Source: Eledone cirrhosa (Eukaryota). Taken from it: a stretch of 64,000 nucleotides of DNA. Numbering within the stretch: position 1 is the first letter of the stretch; every line of letters starts with the position of its first letter. The stretch lies in contig OZ024759.1 in the NCBI GenBank assembly GCA_964016885.1, positions 28,396,001-28,460,000 on the forward strand, read 5' to 3'. Both the position numbers and the translations under genes were made by a program. A model generated the notes under the pieces. The model was not told where the DNA came from. It made no database searches and saw nothing but the letters and a program-made list of their open reading frames with translations. Positions 37,301 to 52,300 of the stretch are shown here, in pieces.

Positions 37301-40300
37301 CGGAGACAGATATAAAAACAGTGTGAAAATTAATATTTATAAAGTTACTTTTCTATTTTTGTTTTATACTATAAAAAATATAATACGACACACTGCCAGT
37401 GATTGAACCCCGCACCTGGACCTCCACCGGCTCTTATACTTACCACTAGGCTAAAGGGACAGTTACGGAAACTTACTGAAAATTGATTTTTATAAACCTA
37501 CTTTTTCATTACTAGAAAAAACCGGAAGTGGAGAAAATTGAAAAACATCTTCTTTTTCTTCCTCTGATTTTTTTTTATCCAAAATTTCGATTTAAGTCAG
37601 AGACGAGTTATCGTTCGTGGCAAAAATCAGAGGAAGAAAAAGAAAAAGTTTTTCAATTTTCTCCACTTCCGGTTTTTTCTAGTATAGGTAAGTAAATATT
37701 AATTTTCAATGCATTTTTCTAACCGTCCCTGTGGCCTAATGGTAAGTACTAGAGACGGTGGAGATCCTGATTTAGGGTTCGATTTCCGTTAGGTTTTATA
37801 CTAATAACTGCGTATTTGTTGCTTTTATTAAGTAAGATTTGAACTAATAATGCTGTACTTTGTAGTAATGTCCCATATTATATTCAACATATTTTAATTA
37901 AAATTTGTTTTTTTTTATAAAAGAAAGAACAAAAAACCTTATTGAAATTAAGAAATGAATTTTATTCAGTAAAGTTGTTTTTATTTTGTTTTCACTTCAT
38001 TAACTGCTGAATACGTCTTTTGTTTTTGTTTTTGATTCTTTCTAACCATTGTTTACTGCAAATGGTGACTGCAACGAAGCTGGATTATTACCAAGTTTCA
38101 CTGGATGATTGTATTATTTTGTTGTCAGTGGACATCTGGACATCTATCTAAATACCTGGAATAAACACAAGGTGTGTGTTTTACGTAACATTTCATTTTA
38201 ATGTCTGATGTTCCTGTATATCACATTTAAAATGTAACCAATAAACAAGAGAGGGAGGCGACATCAAAATAAACCACACAGACGAGGTACGAATAATCTA
38301 AAATTAATTTTAACAAACTATAAACGATGTTTAAAGAGAGACAAACATTAAAAAAGGATTTCAAACAAACACGTAAACACAATTACAGCCATAATCTAAT
38401 ATGTGAAGATCAACATTTTTCACGATCGAAATAAAACTAAATATGTAAAGTTTAGTGGCCCCTGATTTACTTGCTTTTAATTTCATTTTGATAATATGTA
38501 TTCTGTAGACATATATTTATGATTTTAATGATGAAATTTCCTCTTGTCTTTAAAAGATTATTACTTATAAAAATTATAATAGTCACCTCCTCATTCGAGG
38601 TAGCTTACCCACAGGGGTTCCTCAACTGGGCGATTTCAACTGTTGGGTGGGCGATGAGCAGCTGAACAGAAAATTGAGGGCCATTGGAAACTTGGGTGGC
38701 CGATATAGAATTTTGAGATTTAAGAAGTATTGCTACCCGAAAACCTATTCAAGGAATATATGCAAAGAACCTGAATAAAAATCAGGAAGCTAATTGGTAA
38801 AATTAAACCAGGAACAAACATTTACGAAACATATTTGGTATACTTTGGAATATTTACTATACAGGTGGCTGGTGGAATATTTTTCAAATGTTCTGGAGAC
38901 AAGCCTCTTAGCTATATATCATAGTTCTTCAATCCTTCATCTTCCACAGTTGGTGAAGTATTTCGATTTGATATGACGATCGCAGAGTTAGATTCAGGAC
39001 GTGGTGGCGTTCATGGCTTTCTTAGTGTTGTTACTAGAAAGGGTCGACTCTGTCTTTCACACTTCAGGTTTTTTCATGAATTAAATATCCATTTTCTTTC
39101 TGATCGGTCTAACAATGATTTGAACCTACAATGACTCCGTCTGTAATAATGTTCTCTTATTTGAAATATGCCATTCCTAACTCCCGTGTCTGTGTGTGTG
39201 AAAAATATTCCAACTTAGAGCGACGTGCCCGTAAATTGTTTAGCCTGATTCCTATATATAGATAATGTGTAATATTTGAACCTTCATGGAGGGTCTTTGC
39301 CGTAATTTCCCGTAACTCCGACTAGAAATCATTATGTAGTTTATTCGTCCGTTAAAAATAATGATTAAAACAATTCTATATCCACAGTTATATACACCTC
39401 TTCATCACATATATTATTTCCACCAATAACTACATTATATCCTTAAATATGACACCAAGACATATAATTTGTAAATAAAAGATAAAATATTAAAACCTCA
39501 ATTTTTAAATAATTTTACCCCACCTTTGTGTTCTCAGTGTTTAGATTAACCCATAATTTTATGATTTTGGAGCATATAACTTATAGTACCAGTCATATAC
39601 TGAGATCAATTTAACGGATTGGTTCCTCCTCGCAAATTACTTGACTTTTGCCTAAGTAAGACATACTCACAGAATGTATCGTTGTATATGTATGAATGTA
39701 TATATATATATATATATTAGTATATTTTATGTTTACAATAAAAATAGACAAACAATTTAATGATAATATGAAATGAAAGTATTATTATTTATTAATAATA
39801 TTTTTATTGTTTTCACTGCATTAACTTCTGAGTGTGACTTTGTTTTTCTTACTATTTTCTACTGTAAATGGCGGCTTAATTGGATTATTACTAAGGTTTA
39901 CTGGATTGTGGTGTTTCTTTATTGTTTTATATTTCAATCAGTGGACATCAGGATAGCTTTCTATATACCTGGGATAAATGTAAAGAGTACTGACTTTCAT
40001 CTGCAGTTCAATGGTGATGTCTTCTTATATTTTCATTTACTTCTGCAATATTGTAGTCTTTACATTATTTTAAATATTTCTATCATGTCACTCGTTTGAT
40101 ATATCTCCCCGAAAGATATAGTTATTCAGAGCTTTACATTGGAATACTGTACTACTATTTAAATATTAGTCCTTTAAATATATATTTCTCTCATGTCCCC
40201 CCCCCCCCCCTCTTAGATTTATCTCCTCTAAATTTGCAATCCCTAAAGTTTAACATCTTTCTTCAGAAGACGATTTCTTAATAATTCTGGTGTTTTCTGT

Positions 40301-43300
40301 TTTGTTCTTTTCTGGATTCCTTCAATAGGTTCTCCGTATTTTCTGAAGTCGTCTGACCATGCCCCAAAACAATATTCTAGGTTGTATCACACATATCATT
40401 CAACTAGTGTTTTAGACCTCTCGACATTTAGCTAGGCAAAGGAATGTTTTATTATTCCTATCATCTGAATTCCTTTTTTTTTTCTTCAACATGTTTAGCC
40501 ATCTTTAAAATCATATTCATACATATTCACAATTCCTCGTGGAGGGGTATAAGAGACATGTATAAATATAGCTGCATATTACTACAAAATAACTTGAACC
40601 ATATCGCGAAACATTTTGTAAAGTATCTCTGTAATTATTCTCATTTCGATTTTCTGTAGAATGTATTGACGTTTAAGATAGAGACAATTGCCCTTCTTCT
40701 AATAATCTCTTTGTCCATTCCATGTTTAGTCTCACAAAATATTGTTAATGCAAGATTTTGCTCTAATGTAATAAATGTTACTTTTAAAAGACCGAAGTTC
40801 TCAATTTTCTTCTTTCTCTTGTATATTGATATCTAAAGGATAACAAATGTATGAATTATGTGATAGGGATGAAAAAAGCCACGACCTTCTTCTCTCGTTA
40901 CAGAAGGCTAACTGACAACGTCTTTCGCAGGAGTGACTAGTACTACTGCCTTTTATATACCGTGACAACTGGAAAGACGTGAAAAATAAGGATACACTCT
41001 GCTCTCCTTATCAACATTGTCCGAGTCTGAGGACCTTTCCTCCCTGGTTAAGGAGTGAGATAAAATATTAGGGATCAATCTCTAGCAATAATTTCATTAA
41101 ATCATATTTAACCAGAGACTGTTATGTCGTGGTTGTTGCTATATTTTATAGTCGTGGTTTCAATGTTTAACAGCGGTTGTATAATTAGCTTTATCTAATT
41201 ATTATCAAACAAAACAGATTTATATATTGTCGCCGTTGTACGTTAAAATCACATATATATTTATATACACACCAAGGATGGAGGGACGACGGAATTGAAA
41301 ACCATTATTGCTGAGTACATCACGGCAAGATCTAATCTAATACACACACACACACTCTCCCGTATATATTTAATAATCAGCTATGACCATGAAAAAGGTC
41401 CCTGTAGATCATCTGGTTGTAGGATCTAATGAACCCGAAAGAAAGTGAAAATATATTTTATGAAAGCGCCAGAAGAATAAATGTAAACATTGACCCGATT
41501 CTAGTAGAAATAACAATGAGAAAGCCATGAACGCCAGCACATCTATTTTGCTTGGAAATTGAAAGTAGGTTTATAAATATTAATTTTTTTCTTATGTTCT
41601 TGTATCTGTTTCGTTGGCCTAATGGTAGGTGTTAGAGACTATGTAGACATTGATGTGGTGTTCAATCTCAGTCCGAATCTGTACTATATATTTTTAAATT
41701 TAAATTTTTCTCTAGCAAAGTAAAAAAATGAAATTATTATCTATAGACTTTGACTGAGATCGAAACCCAGAGCAGGTTCTCCACCGTCTCTAATACCTAC
41801 CATTAGGCCACGGAGACAGATATAAAAACAGTGTGAAAATTAATATTTATAAAGTTACTTTTCTATTTTTGTTTTATACTATAAAAAATATAATACGACA
41901 CACTGCCAGTGATTGAACCCCGCACCTGGACCTCCACCGGCTCTTATACTTACCACTAGGCTAAAGGGACAGTTACGGAAACTTACTGAAAATTGATTTT
42001 TATAAACCTACTTTTTCATTACTAGAAAAAACCGGAAGTGGAGAAAATTGAAAAACATCTTCTTTTTCTTCCTCTGATTTTTTTTTATCCAAAATTTCGA
42101 TTTAAGTCAGAGACGAGTTATCGTTCGTGGCAAAAATCAGAGGAAGAAAAAGAAAAAGTTTTTCAATTTTCTCCACTTCCGGTTTTTTCTAGTATAGGTA
42201 AGTAAATATTAATTTTCAATGCATTTTTCTAACCGTCCCTGTGGCCTAATGGTAAGTACTAGAGACGGTGGAGATCCTGATTTAGGGTTCGATTTCCGTT
42301 AGGTTTTATACTAATAACTGCGTATTTGTTGCTTTTATTAAGTAAGATTTGAACTAATAATGCTGTACTTTGTAGTAATGTCCCATATTATATTCAACAT
42401 ATTTTAATTAAAATTTGTTTTTTTTTATAAAAGAAAGAACAAAAAACCTTATTGAAATTAAGAAATGAATTTTATTCAGTAAAGTTGTTTTTATTTTGTT
42501 TTCACTTCATTAACTGCTGAATACGTCTTTTGTTTTTGTTTTTGATTCTTTCTAACCATTGTTTACTGCAAATGGTGACTGCAACGAAGCTGGATTATTA
42601 CCAAGTTTCACTGGATGATTGTATTATTTTGTTGTCAGTGGACATCTGGACATCTATCTAAATACCTGGAATAAACACAAGGTGTGTGTTTTACGTAACA
42701 TTTCATTTTAATGTCTGATGTTCCTGTATATCACATTTAAAATGTAACCAATAAACAAGAGAGGGAGGCGACATCAAAATAAACCACACAGACGAGGTAC
42801 GAATAATCTAAAATTAATTTTAACAAACTATAAACGATGTTTAAAGAGAGACAAACATTAAAAAAGGATTTCAAACAAACACGTAAACACAATTACAGCC
42901 ATAATCTAATATGTGAAGATCAACATTTTTCACGATCGAAATAAAACTAAATATGTAAAGTTTAGTGGCCCCTGATTTACTTGCTTTTAATTTCATTTTG
43001 ATAATATGTATTCTGTAGACATATATTTATGATTTTAATGATGAAATTTCCTCTTGTCTTTAAAAGATTATTACTTATAAAAATTATAATAGTCACCTCC
43101 TCATTCGAGGTAGCTTACCCACAGGGGTTCCTCAACTGGGCGATTTCAACTGTTGGGTGGGCGATGAGCAGCTGAACAGAAAATTGAGGGCCATTGGAAA
43201 CTTGGGTGGCCGATATAGAATTTTGAGATTTAAGAAGTATTGCTACCCGAAAACCTATTCAAGGAATATATGCAAAGAACCTGAATAAAAATCAGGAAGC

Positions 43301-46300
43301 TAATTGGTAAAATTAAACCAGGAACAAACATTTACGAAACATATTTGGTATACTTTGGAATATTTACTATACAGGTGGCTGGTGGAATATTTTTCAAATG
43401 TTCTGGAGACAAGCCTCTTAGCTATATATCATAGTTCTTCAATCCTTCATCTTCCACAGTTGGTGAAGTATTTCGATTTGATATGACGATCGCAGAGTTA
43501 GATTCAGGACGTGGTGGCGTTCATGGCTTTCTTAGTGTTGTTACTAGAAAGGGTCGACTCTGTCTTTCACACTTCAGGTTTTTTCATGAATTAAATATCC
43601 ATTTTCTTTCTGATCGGTCTAACAATGATTTGAACCTACAATGACTCCGTCTGTAATAATGTTCTCTTATTTGAAATATGCCATTCCTAACTCCCGTGTC
43701 TGTGTGTGTGAAAAATATTCCAACTTAGAGCGACGTGCCCGTAAATTGTTTAGCCTGATTCCTATATATAGATAATGTGTAATATTTGAACCTTCATGGA
43801 GGGTCTTTGCCGTAATTTCCCGTAACTCCGACTAGAAATCATTATGTAGTTTATTCGTCCGTTAAAAATAATGATTAAAACAATTCTATATCCACAGTTA
43901 TATACACCTCTTCATCACATATATTATTTCCACCAATAACTACATTATATCCTTAAATATGACACCAAGACATATAATTTGTAAATAAAAGATAAAATAT
44001 TAAAACCTCAATTTTTAAATAATTTTACCCCACCTTTGTGTTCTCAGTGTTTAGATTAACCCATAATTTTATGATTTTGGAGCATATAACTTATAGTACC
44101 AGTCATATACTGAGATCAATTTAACGGATTGGTTCCTCCTCGCAAATTACTTGACTTTTGCCTAAGTAAGACATACTCACAGAATGTATCGTTGTATATG
44201 TATGAATGTATATATATATATATATTAGTATATTTTATGTTTACAATAAAAATAGACAAACAATTTAATGATAATATGAAATGAAAGTATTATTATTTAT
44301 TAATAATATTTTTATTGTTTTCACTGCATTAACTTCTGAGTGTGACTTTGTTTTTCTTACTATTTTCTACTGTAAATGGCGGCTTAATTGGATTATTACT
44401 AAGGTTTACTGGATTGTGGTGTTTCTTTATTGTTTTATATTTCAATCAGTGGACATCAGGATAGCTTTCTATATACCTGGGATAAATGTAAAGAGTACTG
44501 ACTTTCATCTGCAGTTCAATGGTGATGTCTTCTTATATTTTCATTTACTTCTGCAATATTGTAGTCTTTACATTATTTTAAATATTTCTATCATGTCACT
44601 CGTTTGATATATCTCCCCGAAAGATATAGTTATTCAGAGCTTTACATTGGAATACTGTACTACTATTTAAATATTAGTCCTTTAAATATATATTTCTATC
44701 ATGTCCCCCCCCCCCCTCTTAGATTTATCTCCTCTAAATTTGCAATCCCTAAAGTTTAACATCTTTCTTCAGAAGACGATTTCTTAATAATTCTGGTGTT
44801 TTCTGTTTTGTTCTTTTCTGGATTCCTTCAATAGGTTCTCCGTATTTTCTGAAGTCGTCTGACCATGCCCCAAAACAATATTCTAGGTTGTATCACACAT
44901 ATCATTCAACTAGTGTTTTAGACCTCTCGACATTTAGCTAGGCAAAGGAATGTTTTATTACTCCTATCATCTGAATTCCTTTTTTTTTTCTTCAACATGT
45001 TTAGCCATCTTTAAAATCATATTCATACATATTCACAATTCCTCGTGGAGGGGTATAAGAGACATGTATAAATATAGCTGCATATTACTACAAAATAACT
45101 TGAACCATATCGCGAAACATTTGGTAAAGTATCTCTGTAATTATTCTCATTTCGATTTTCTGTAGAATGTATTGACGTTTAAGATAGAGACAATTGCCCT
45201 TCTTCTAATAATCTTTGTCCATTCCATGTTTAGTCTCACAAAATATTGTTAATGCAAGATTTTGCTCTAATGTAATAAATGTTACTTTTAAAAGACCGAA
45301 GTTCTCAATTTTCTTCTTTCTCTTGTATATTGATATCTAAAGGATAACAAATGTATGAATTATGTGATAGGGATGAAAAAAGCCACGACCTTCTTCTCTC
45401 GTTACAGAAGGCTAACTGACAACGTCTTTCGCAGGAGTGACTAGTACTACTGCCTTTTATATACCGTGACAACTGGAAAGACGTGACAAATAAGGATACA
45501 CTCTGCTCTCCTTATCAACATTGTCCGAGTCTGAGGACCTTTCCTCCCTGGTTAAGGAGTGAGATAAAATATTAGGGATCAATCTCTAGCAATAATTTCA
45601 TTAAATCATATTTAACCAGAGACTGTTATGTCGTGGTTGTTGCTATATTTTATAGTCGTGGTTTCAATGTTTAACAGCGGTTGTATAATTAGCTTTATCT
45701 AATTATTATCAAACAAAACAGATTTATATATTGTCGCCGTTGTACGTTAAAATCACATATATATTTATATACACACCAAGGATGGAGGGACGACGGAATT
45801 GAAAACCATTATTGCTGAGTACATCACGGCAAGATCTAATCTAATACACACACACACACTCTCCCGTATATATTTAATAATCAGCTATGACCATGAAAAA
45901 GGTCCCTGTAGATCATCTGGTTGTAGGATCTAATGAACCCGAAAGAAAGTGAAAATATATTTTATGAAAGCCCCAGAAGAATAAATGTAAACATTGACCC
46001 GATTCTAGTAGAAATAACAATGAGAAAGCCATGAACGCCAGCACATCTATTTTGCTTGGAAATTGAAAGTAGGTTTATAAATATTAATTTTTTTCTTATG
46101 TTCTTGTATCTGTTTCGTTGGCCTAATGGTAGGTGTTAGAGACTATGTAGACATTGATGTGGTGTTCAATCTCAGTCCGAATCTGTACTATATATTTTTC
46201 TCTAGCAAAGTAAAAAAATGAAATTATTATCTATAGACTTTGACTGAGATCGAAACCCAGAGCAGGTTCTCCACCGTCTCTAATACCTACCATTAGGCCA

Positions 46301-49300
46301 CGGAGACAGATATAAAAACAGTGTGAAAATTAATATTTATAAAGTTACTTTTTTATTTTTGTTTTATACTATAAAAAATATAATACGACACACTGCCAGT
46401 GATTGAACCCCGCACCTGGACCTCCACCGGCTCTTATACTTACCACTAGGCTAAAGGGACGGTTACGGAAACTTACTGAAAATTGATATTTATAAACCTA
46501 CTTTTTCATTACTAGAAAAAACCGGAAGTGGAGAAAATTGAAAAACATCTTCTTTTTCTTCCTCTGATTTTTTTTTATCCAAAATTTCGATTTAAGTCAG
46601 AGACGAGTTATCGTTCGTGGCAAAAATCAGAGGAAGAAAAAGAAAAAGTTTTTCAATTTTCTCCACTTCCGGTTTTTTCTAGTATAGGTAAGTAAATATT
46701 AATTTTCAATGCATTTTTCTAACCGTCCCTGTGGCCTAATGGTAAGTACTAGAGACGGTGGAGATCCTGATTTAGGGTTCGATTTCCGTTAGGTTTTATA
46801 CTAATAACTGCGTATTTGTTGCTTTTATTAAGTAAGATTTGAACTAATAATGCTGTACTTTGTAGTAATGTCCCATATTATATTCAACATATTTTAATTA
46901 AAATTTGTTTTTTTTCATAAAAGAAAGAACAAAAAGCCTTATTGAAATTAAGAAATGAATTTTATTCAGTAAAGTTGTTTTTATTTTGTTTTCACTTCAT
47001 TAACTGCTGAATACGTCTTTTGTTTTTGTTTTTGATTCTTTCTAACCATTGTTTACTGCAAATGGTGACTGCAACGAAGCTGGATTATTACCAAGTTTCA
47101 CTGGATGATTGTATTATTTTGTTGTCAGTGGACATCTGGACATCTATCTAAATACCTGGAATAAACACAAGGTGTGTGTTTTACGTAACATTTCATTTTA
47201 ATGTCTGATGTTCCTGTATATCACATTTAAAATGTAACCAATAAACAAGAGAGGGAGGCGACATCAAAATAAACCACACAGACGAGGTACGAATAATCTA
47301 AAATTAATTTTAACAAACTATAAACGATGTTTAAAGAGAGACAAACATTAAAAAAGGATTTCAAACAAACACGTAAACACAATTACAGCCATAATCTAAT
47401 ATGTGAAGATCAACATTTTTCACGATCGAAATAAAACTAAATATGTAAAGTTTAGTGGCCCCTGATTTACTTGCTTTTAATTTCGTTTTGATAATCTGTA
47501 TTCTGTAGACATATATTTATGATTTTAATGATGAAATTTCCTCTTGTCTTTAAAAGATTATTACTTATAAAAATTATAATAGTCACCTCCTCATTCGAGG
47601 TAGCTTACCCACAGGGGTTCCTCAACTGGGCGATTTCAACTGTTGGGTGGGCGATGAGCAGCTGAACAGAAAATTGAGGGCCATTGGAAACTTTGGTGGC
47701 CGATATAGAATTTTGAGATTTAAGAAGGTATGCTACCCGAAAACCTATTCAAGGAATATATGCAAAGAACCTGAATAAAAATCAGGAAGCTAATTGGTAA
47801 AATTAAACCAGGAACAAACATTTACGAAACATATTTGGTATACTTTGGAATATTTACTATACAGGTGGCTGGTGGAATATTTTTCAAATGTTCTGGAGAC
47901 AAGCCTCTTAGCTATATATCATAGTTCTTCAATCCTTCATCTTCCACAGTTGGTGAAGTATTTCGATTTGATATGACGATCGCAGAGTTAGATTTAGGAC
48001 GTGGTGGCGTTCATGGCTTTCTTAGTGTTGTTACTAGAAAGGGTCGACTCTGTCTTTCACACTTCAGGTTTTTTCATGAATTAAATATCCATTTTCTTTC
48101 TGATCGGTCTAACAATGATTTGAACCTACAATGACTCCGTCTGTAATAATGTTCTCTTATTTGAAATATGCCATACCTAACTCCCGTGTCTGTGTGTGTG
48201 AAAAATATTCCAACTTAGAGCGACGTGCCCGTAAATTGTTTAGCCTGATTCCTATATATAGATAATGTGTAATATTTGAACCTTCATGGAGGGTCTTTGC
48301 CGTAATTTCCCGTAACTCCGACTAGAAATCATTATGTAGTTTATTCGTCCGTTAAAAATAATGATTAAAACAATTCTATATCCACAGTTATATACACCTC
48401 TTCATCACATATATTATTTCCACCAATAACTACATTATATCCTTAAATATGACACCAAGACATATAATTTATAAATAAAAGATAAAATATTAAAACCTCA
48501 ATTTTTAAATAATTTTACCCCACCTTTGTGTTCTCAGTGTTTAGATTAACCCATAATTTTATGATTTTGGAGCATATAACTTATAGTACCAGTCATATAC
48601 TGGGATCAATTTAACGGATTGGTTCCTCCTCGCAAATTACTTGACTTTTGCCTAAGTAAGACATACTCACAGAATGTATCGTTGTATATGTATGAATGTA
48701 TATATATATATATATTAGTATATTTTATGTTTACAATAAAAATAGACAAACAATTTAATGATAATATGAAATGAAAGTATTATTATTTATTAATAATATT
48801 TTTATTGTTTTCACTGCATTAACTTCTGAGTGTGACTTTGTTTTTCTTACTATTTTCTACTGTAAATGGCGGCTTAATTGGATTATTACTAAGGTTTACT
48901 GGATTGTGGTGTTTCTTTATTGTTTTATATTTCAATCAGTGGACATCAGGATAGCTTTCTATATACCTGGGATAAATGTAAAGAGTACTGACTTTCATCT
49001 GCAGTTCAATGGTGATGTCTTCTTATATTTTCATTTACTTCTGCAATATTGTAGTCTTTACATTATTTTAAATATTTCTATCATGTCACTCGTTTGATAT
49101 ATCTCCCCGAAAGATATAGTTATTCAGAGCTTTACATTGGAATACTGTACTACTATTTAAATATTAGTCCTTTAAATATATATTTCTCTCATGTCCCCCC
49201 CCCCCCTCTTAGATTTATCTCCTCTAAATTTGCAATCCCTAAAGTTTAACATCTTTCTTCAGAAGACGATTTCTTAATAATTCTGGTGTTTTCTGTTTTG

Positions 49301-52300
49301 TTCTTTTCTGGATTCCTTCAATAGGTTCTCCGTATTTTCTGAAGTCGTCTGACCATGCCCCAAAACAATATTCTAGGTTGTATCACACATATCATTCAAC
49401 TAGTGTTTTAGACCTCTCGACATTTAGCTAGGCAAAGGAATGTTTTATTATTCCTATCATCTGAATTCCTTTTTTTTTTCTTCAACATGTTTAGCCATCT
49501 TTAAAATCATATTCATACATATTCACAATTCCTCGTGGAGGGGTATAAGAGACATGTATAAATATAGCTGCATATTACTACAAAATAACTTGAACCATAT
49601 CGCGAAACATTTTGTAAAGTATCTCTGTAATTATTCTCATTTCGATTTTCTGTAGAATGTATTGACGTTTAAGATAGAGACAATTGCCCTTCTTCTAATA
49701 ATCTCTTTGTCCATTCCATGTTTAGTCTCACAAAATATTGTTAATGCAAGATTTTGCTCTAATGTAATAAATGTTACTTTTAAAAGACCGAAGTTCTCAA
49801 TTTTCTTCTTTCTCTTGTATATTGATATCTAAAGGATAACAAATGTATGAATTATGTGATAGGGATGAAAAAAGCCACGACCTTCTTCTCTCGTTACAGA
49901 AGGCTAACTGACAACGTCTTTCGCAGGAGTGACTAGTACTACTGCCTTTTATATACCGTGACAACTGGAAAGACGTGACAAATAAGGATACACTCTGCTC
50001 TCCTTATCAACATTGTCCGAGTCTGAGGACCTTTCCTCCCTGGTTAAGGAGTGAGATAAAATATTAGGGATCAATCTCTAGCAATAATTTCATTAAATCA
50101 TATTTAACCAGAGACTGTTATGTCGTGGTTGTTGCTATATTTTATAGTCGTGGTTTCAATGTTTAACAGCGGTTGTATAATTAGCTTTATCTAATTATTA
50201 TCAAACAAAACAGATTTATATATTGTCGCCGTTGTACGTTAAAATCACATATATATTTATATACACACCAAGGATGGAGGGACGACGGAATTGAAAACCA
50301 TTATTGCTGAGTACATCACGGCAAGATCTAATCTAATACACACACACACACTCTCCCGTATATATTTAATAATCAGCTATGACCATGAAAAAGGTCCCTG
50401 TAGATCATCTGGTTGTAGGATCTAATGAACCCGAAAGAAAGTGAAAATATATTTTATGAAAGCCCCAGAAGAATAAATGTAAACATTGACCCGATTCTAG
50501 TAGAAATAACAATGAGAAAGCCATGAACGCCAGCACATCTATTTTGCTTGGAAATTGAAAGTAGGTTTATAAATATTAATTTTTTTCTTATGTTCTTGTA
50601 TCTGTTTCGTTGGCCTAATGGTAGGTGTTAGAGACTATGTAGACATTGATGTGGTGTTCAATCTCAGTCCGAATCTGTACTATATATTTTTAAATTTAAA
50701 TTTTTCTCTAGCAAAGTAAAAAAATGAAATTATTATCTATAGACTTTGACTGAGATCGAAACCCAGAGCAGGTTCTCCACCGTCTCTAATACCTACCATT
50801 AGGCCACGGAGACAGATATAAAAACAGTGTGAAAATTAATATTTATAAAGTTACTTTTCTATTTTTGTTTTATACTATAAAAAATATAATACGACACACT
50901 GCCAGTGATTGAACCCCGCACCTGGACCTCCAACGGCTCTTATACTTACCACTAGGCTAAAGGGACGGTTACGGAAACTTACTGAAAATTGATATTTATA
51001 AACCTACTTTTTCATTACTAGAAAAAACCGGAAGTGGAGAAAATTGAAAAACATCTTCTTTTTCTTCCTCTGATTTTTTTTTATCCAAAATTTCGATTTA
51101 AGTCAGAGACGAGTTATCGTTCGTGGCAAAAATCAGAGGAAGAAAAAGAAAAAGTTTTTCAATTTTCTCCACTTCCGGTTTTTTCTAGTATAGGTAAGTA
51201 AATATTAATTTTCAATGCATTTTTCTAACCGTCCCTGTGGCCTAATGGTAAGTACTAGAGACGGTGGAGATCCTGATTTAGGGTTCGATTTCCGTTAGGT
51301 TTTATACTAATAACTGCGTATTTGTTGCTTTTATTAAGTAAGATTTGAACTAATAATGCTGTACTTTGTAGTAATGTCCCATATTATATTCAACATATTT
51401 TAATTAAAATTTGTTTTTTTTTATAAAAGAAAGAACAAAAAACCTTATTGAAATTAAGAAATGAATTTTATTCAGTAAAGTTGTTTTTATTTTGTTTTCA
51501 CTTCATTAACTGCTGAATACGTCTTTTGTTTTTGTTTCTTTCTAACCATTGTTTACTGCAAATGGTGACTGCAACGAAGCTGGATTATTACCAAGTTTCA
51601 CTGGATGATTGTATTATTTTGTTGTCAGTGGACATCTGGACATCTATCTAAATACCTGGAATAAACACAAGGTGTGTGTTTTACGTAACATTTCATTTTA
51701 ATGTCTGATGTTCCTGTATATCACATTTAAAATGTAACCAATAAACAAGAGAGGGAGGCGACATCAAAATAAACCACACAGACGAGGTACGAATAATCTA
51801 AAATTAATTTTAACAAACTATAAACGATGTTTAAAGAGAGACAAACATTAAAAAAGGATTTCAAACAAACACGTAAACACAATTACAGCCATAATCTAAT
51901 ATGTGAAGATCAACATTTTTCACGATCGAAATAAAACTAAATATGTAAAGTTTAGTGGCCCCTGATTTACATGCTTTTAATTTCATTTCGATAATATGTA
52001 TTCTGTAGACATATATTTATGATTTTAATGATGAAATTTCCTCTTGTCTTTAAAAGATTATTACTTATAAAAATTATAATAGTCACCTCCTCATTCGAGG
52101 TAGCTTACCCACAGGGGTTCCTCAACTGGGCGATTTCAACTGTTGGGTGGGCGATGAGCAGCTGAACAGAAAATTGAGGGCCATTGGAAACTTGGGTGGC
52201 CGATATAGAATTTTGAGATTTAAGAAGTATTGCTACCCGAAAACCTATTCAAGGAATATATGCAAAGAACCTGAATAAAAATCAGGAAGCTAATTGGTAA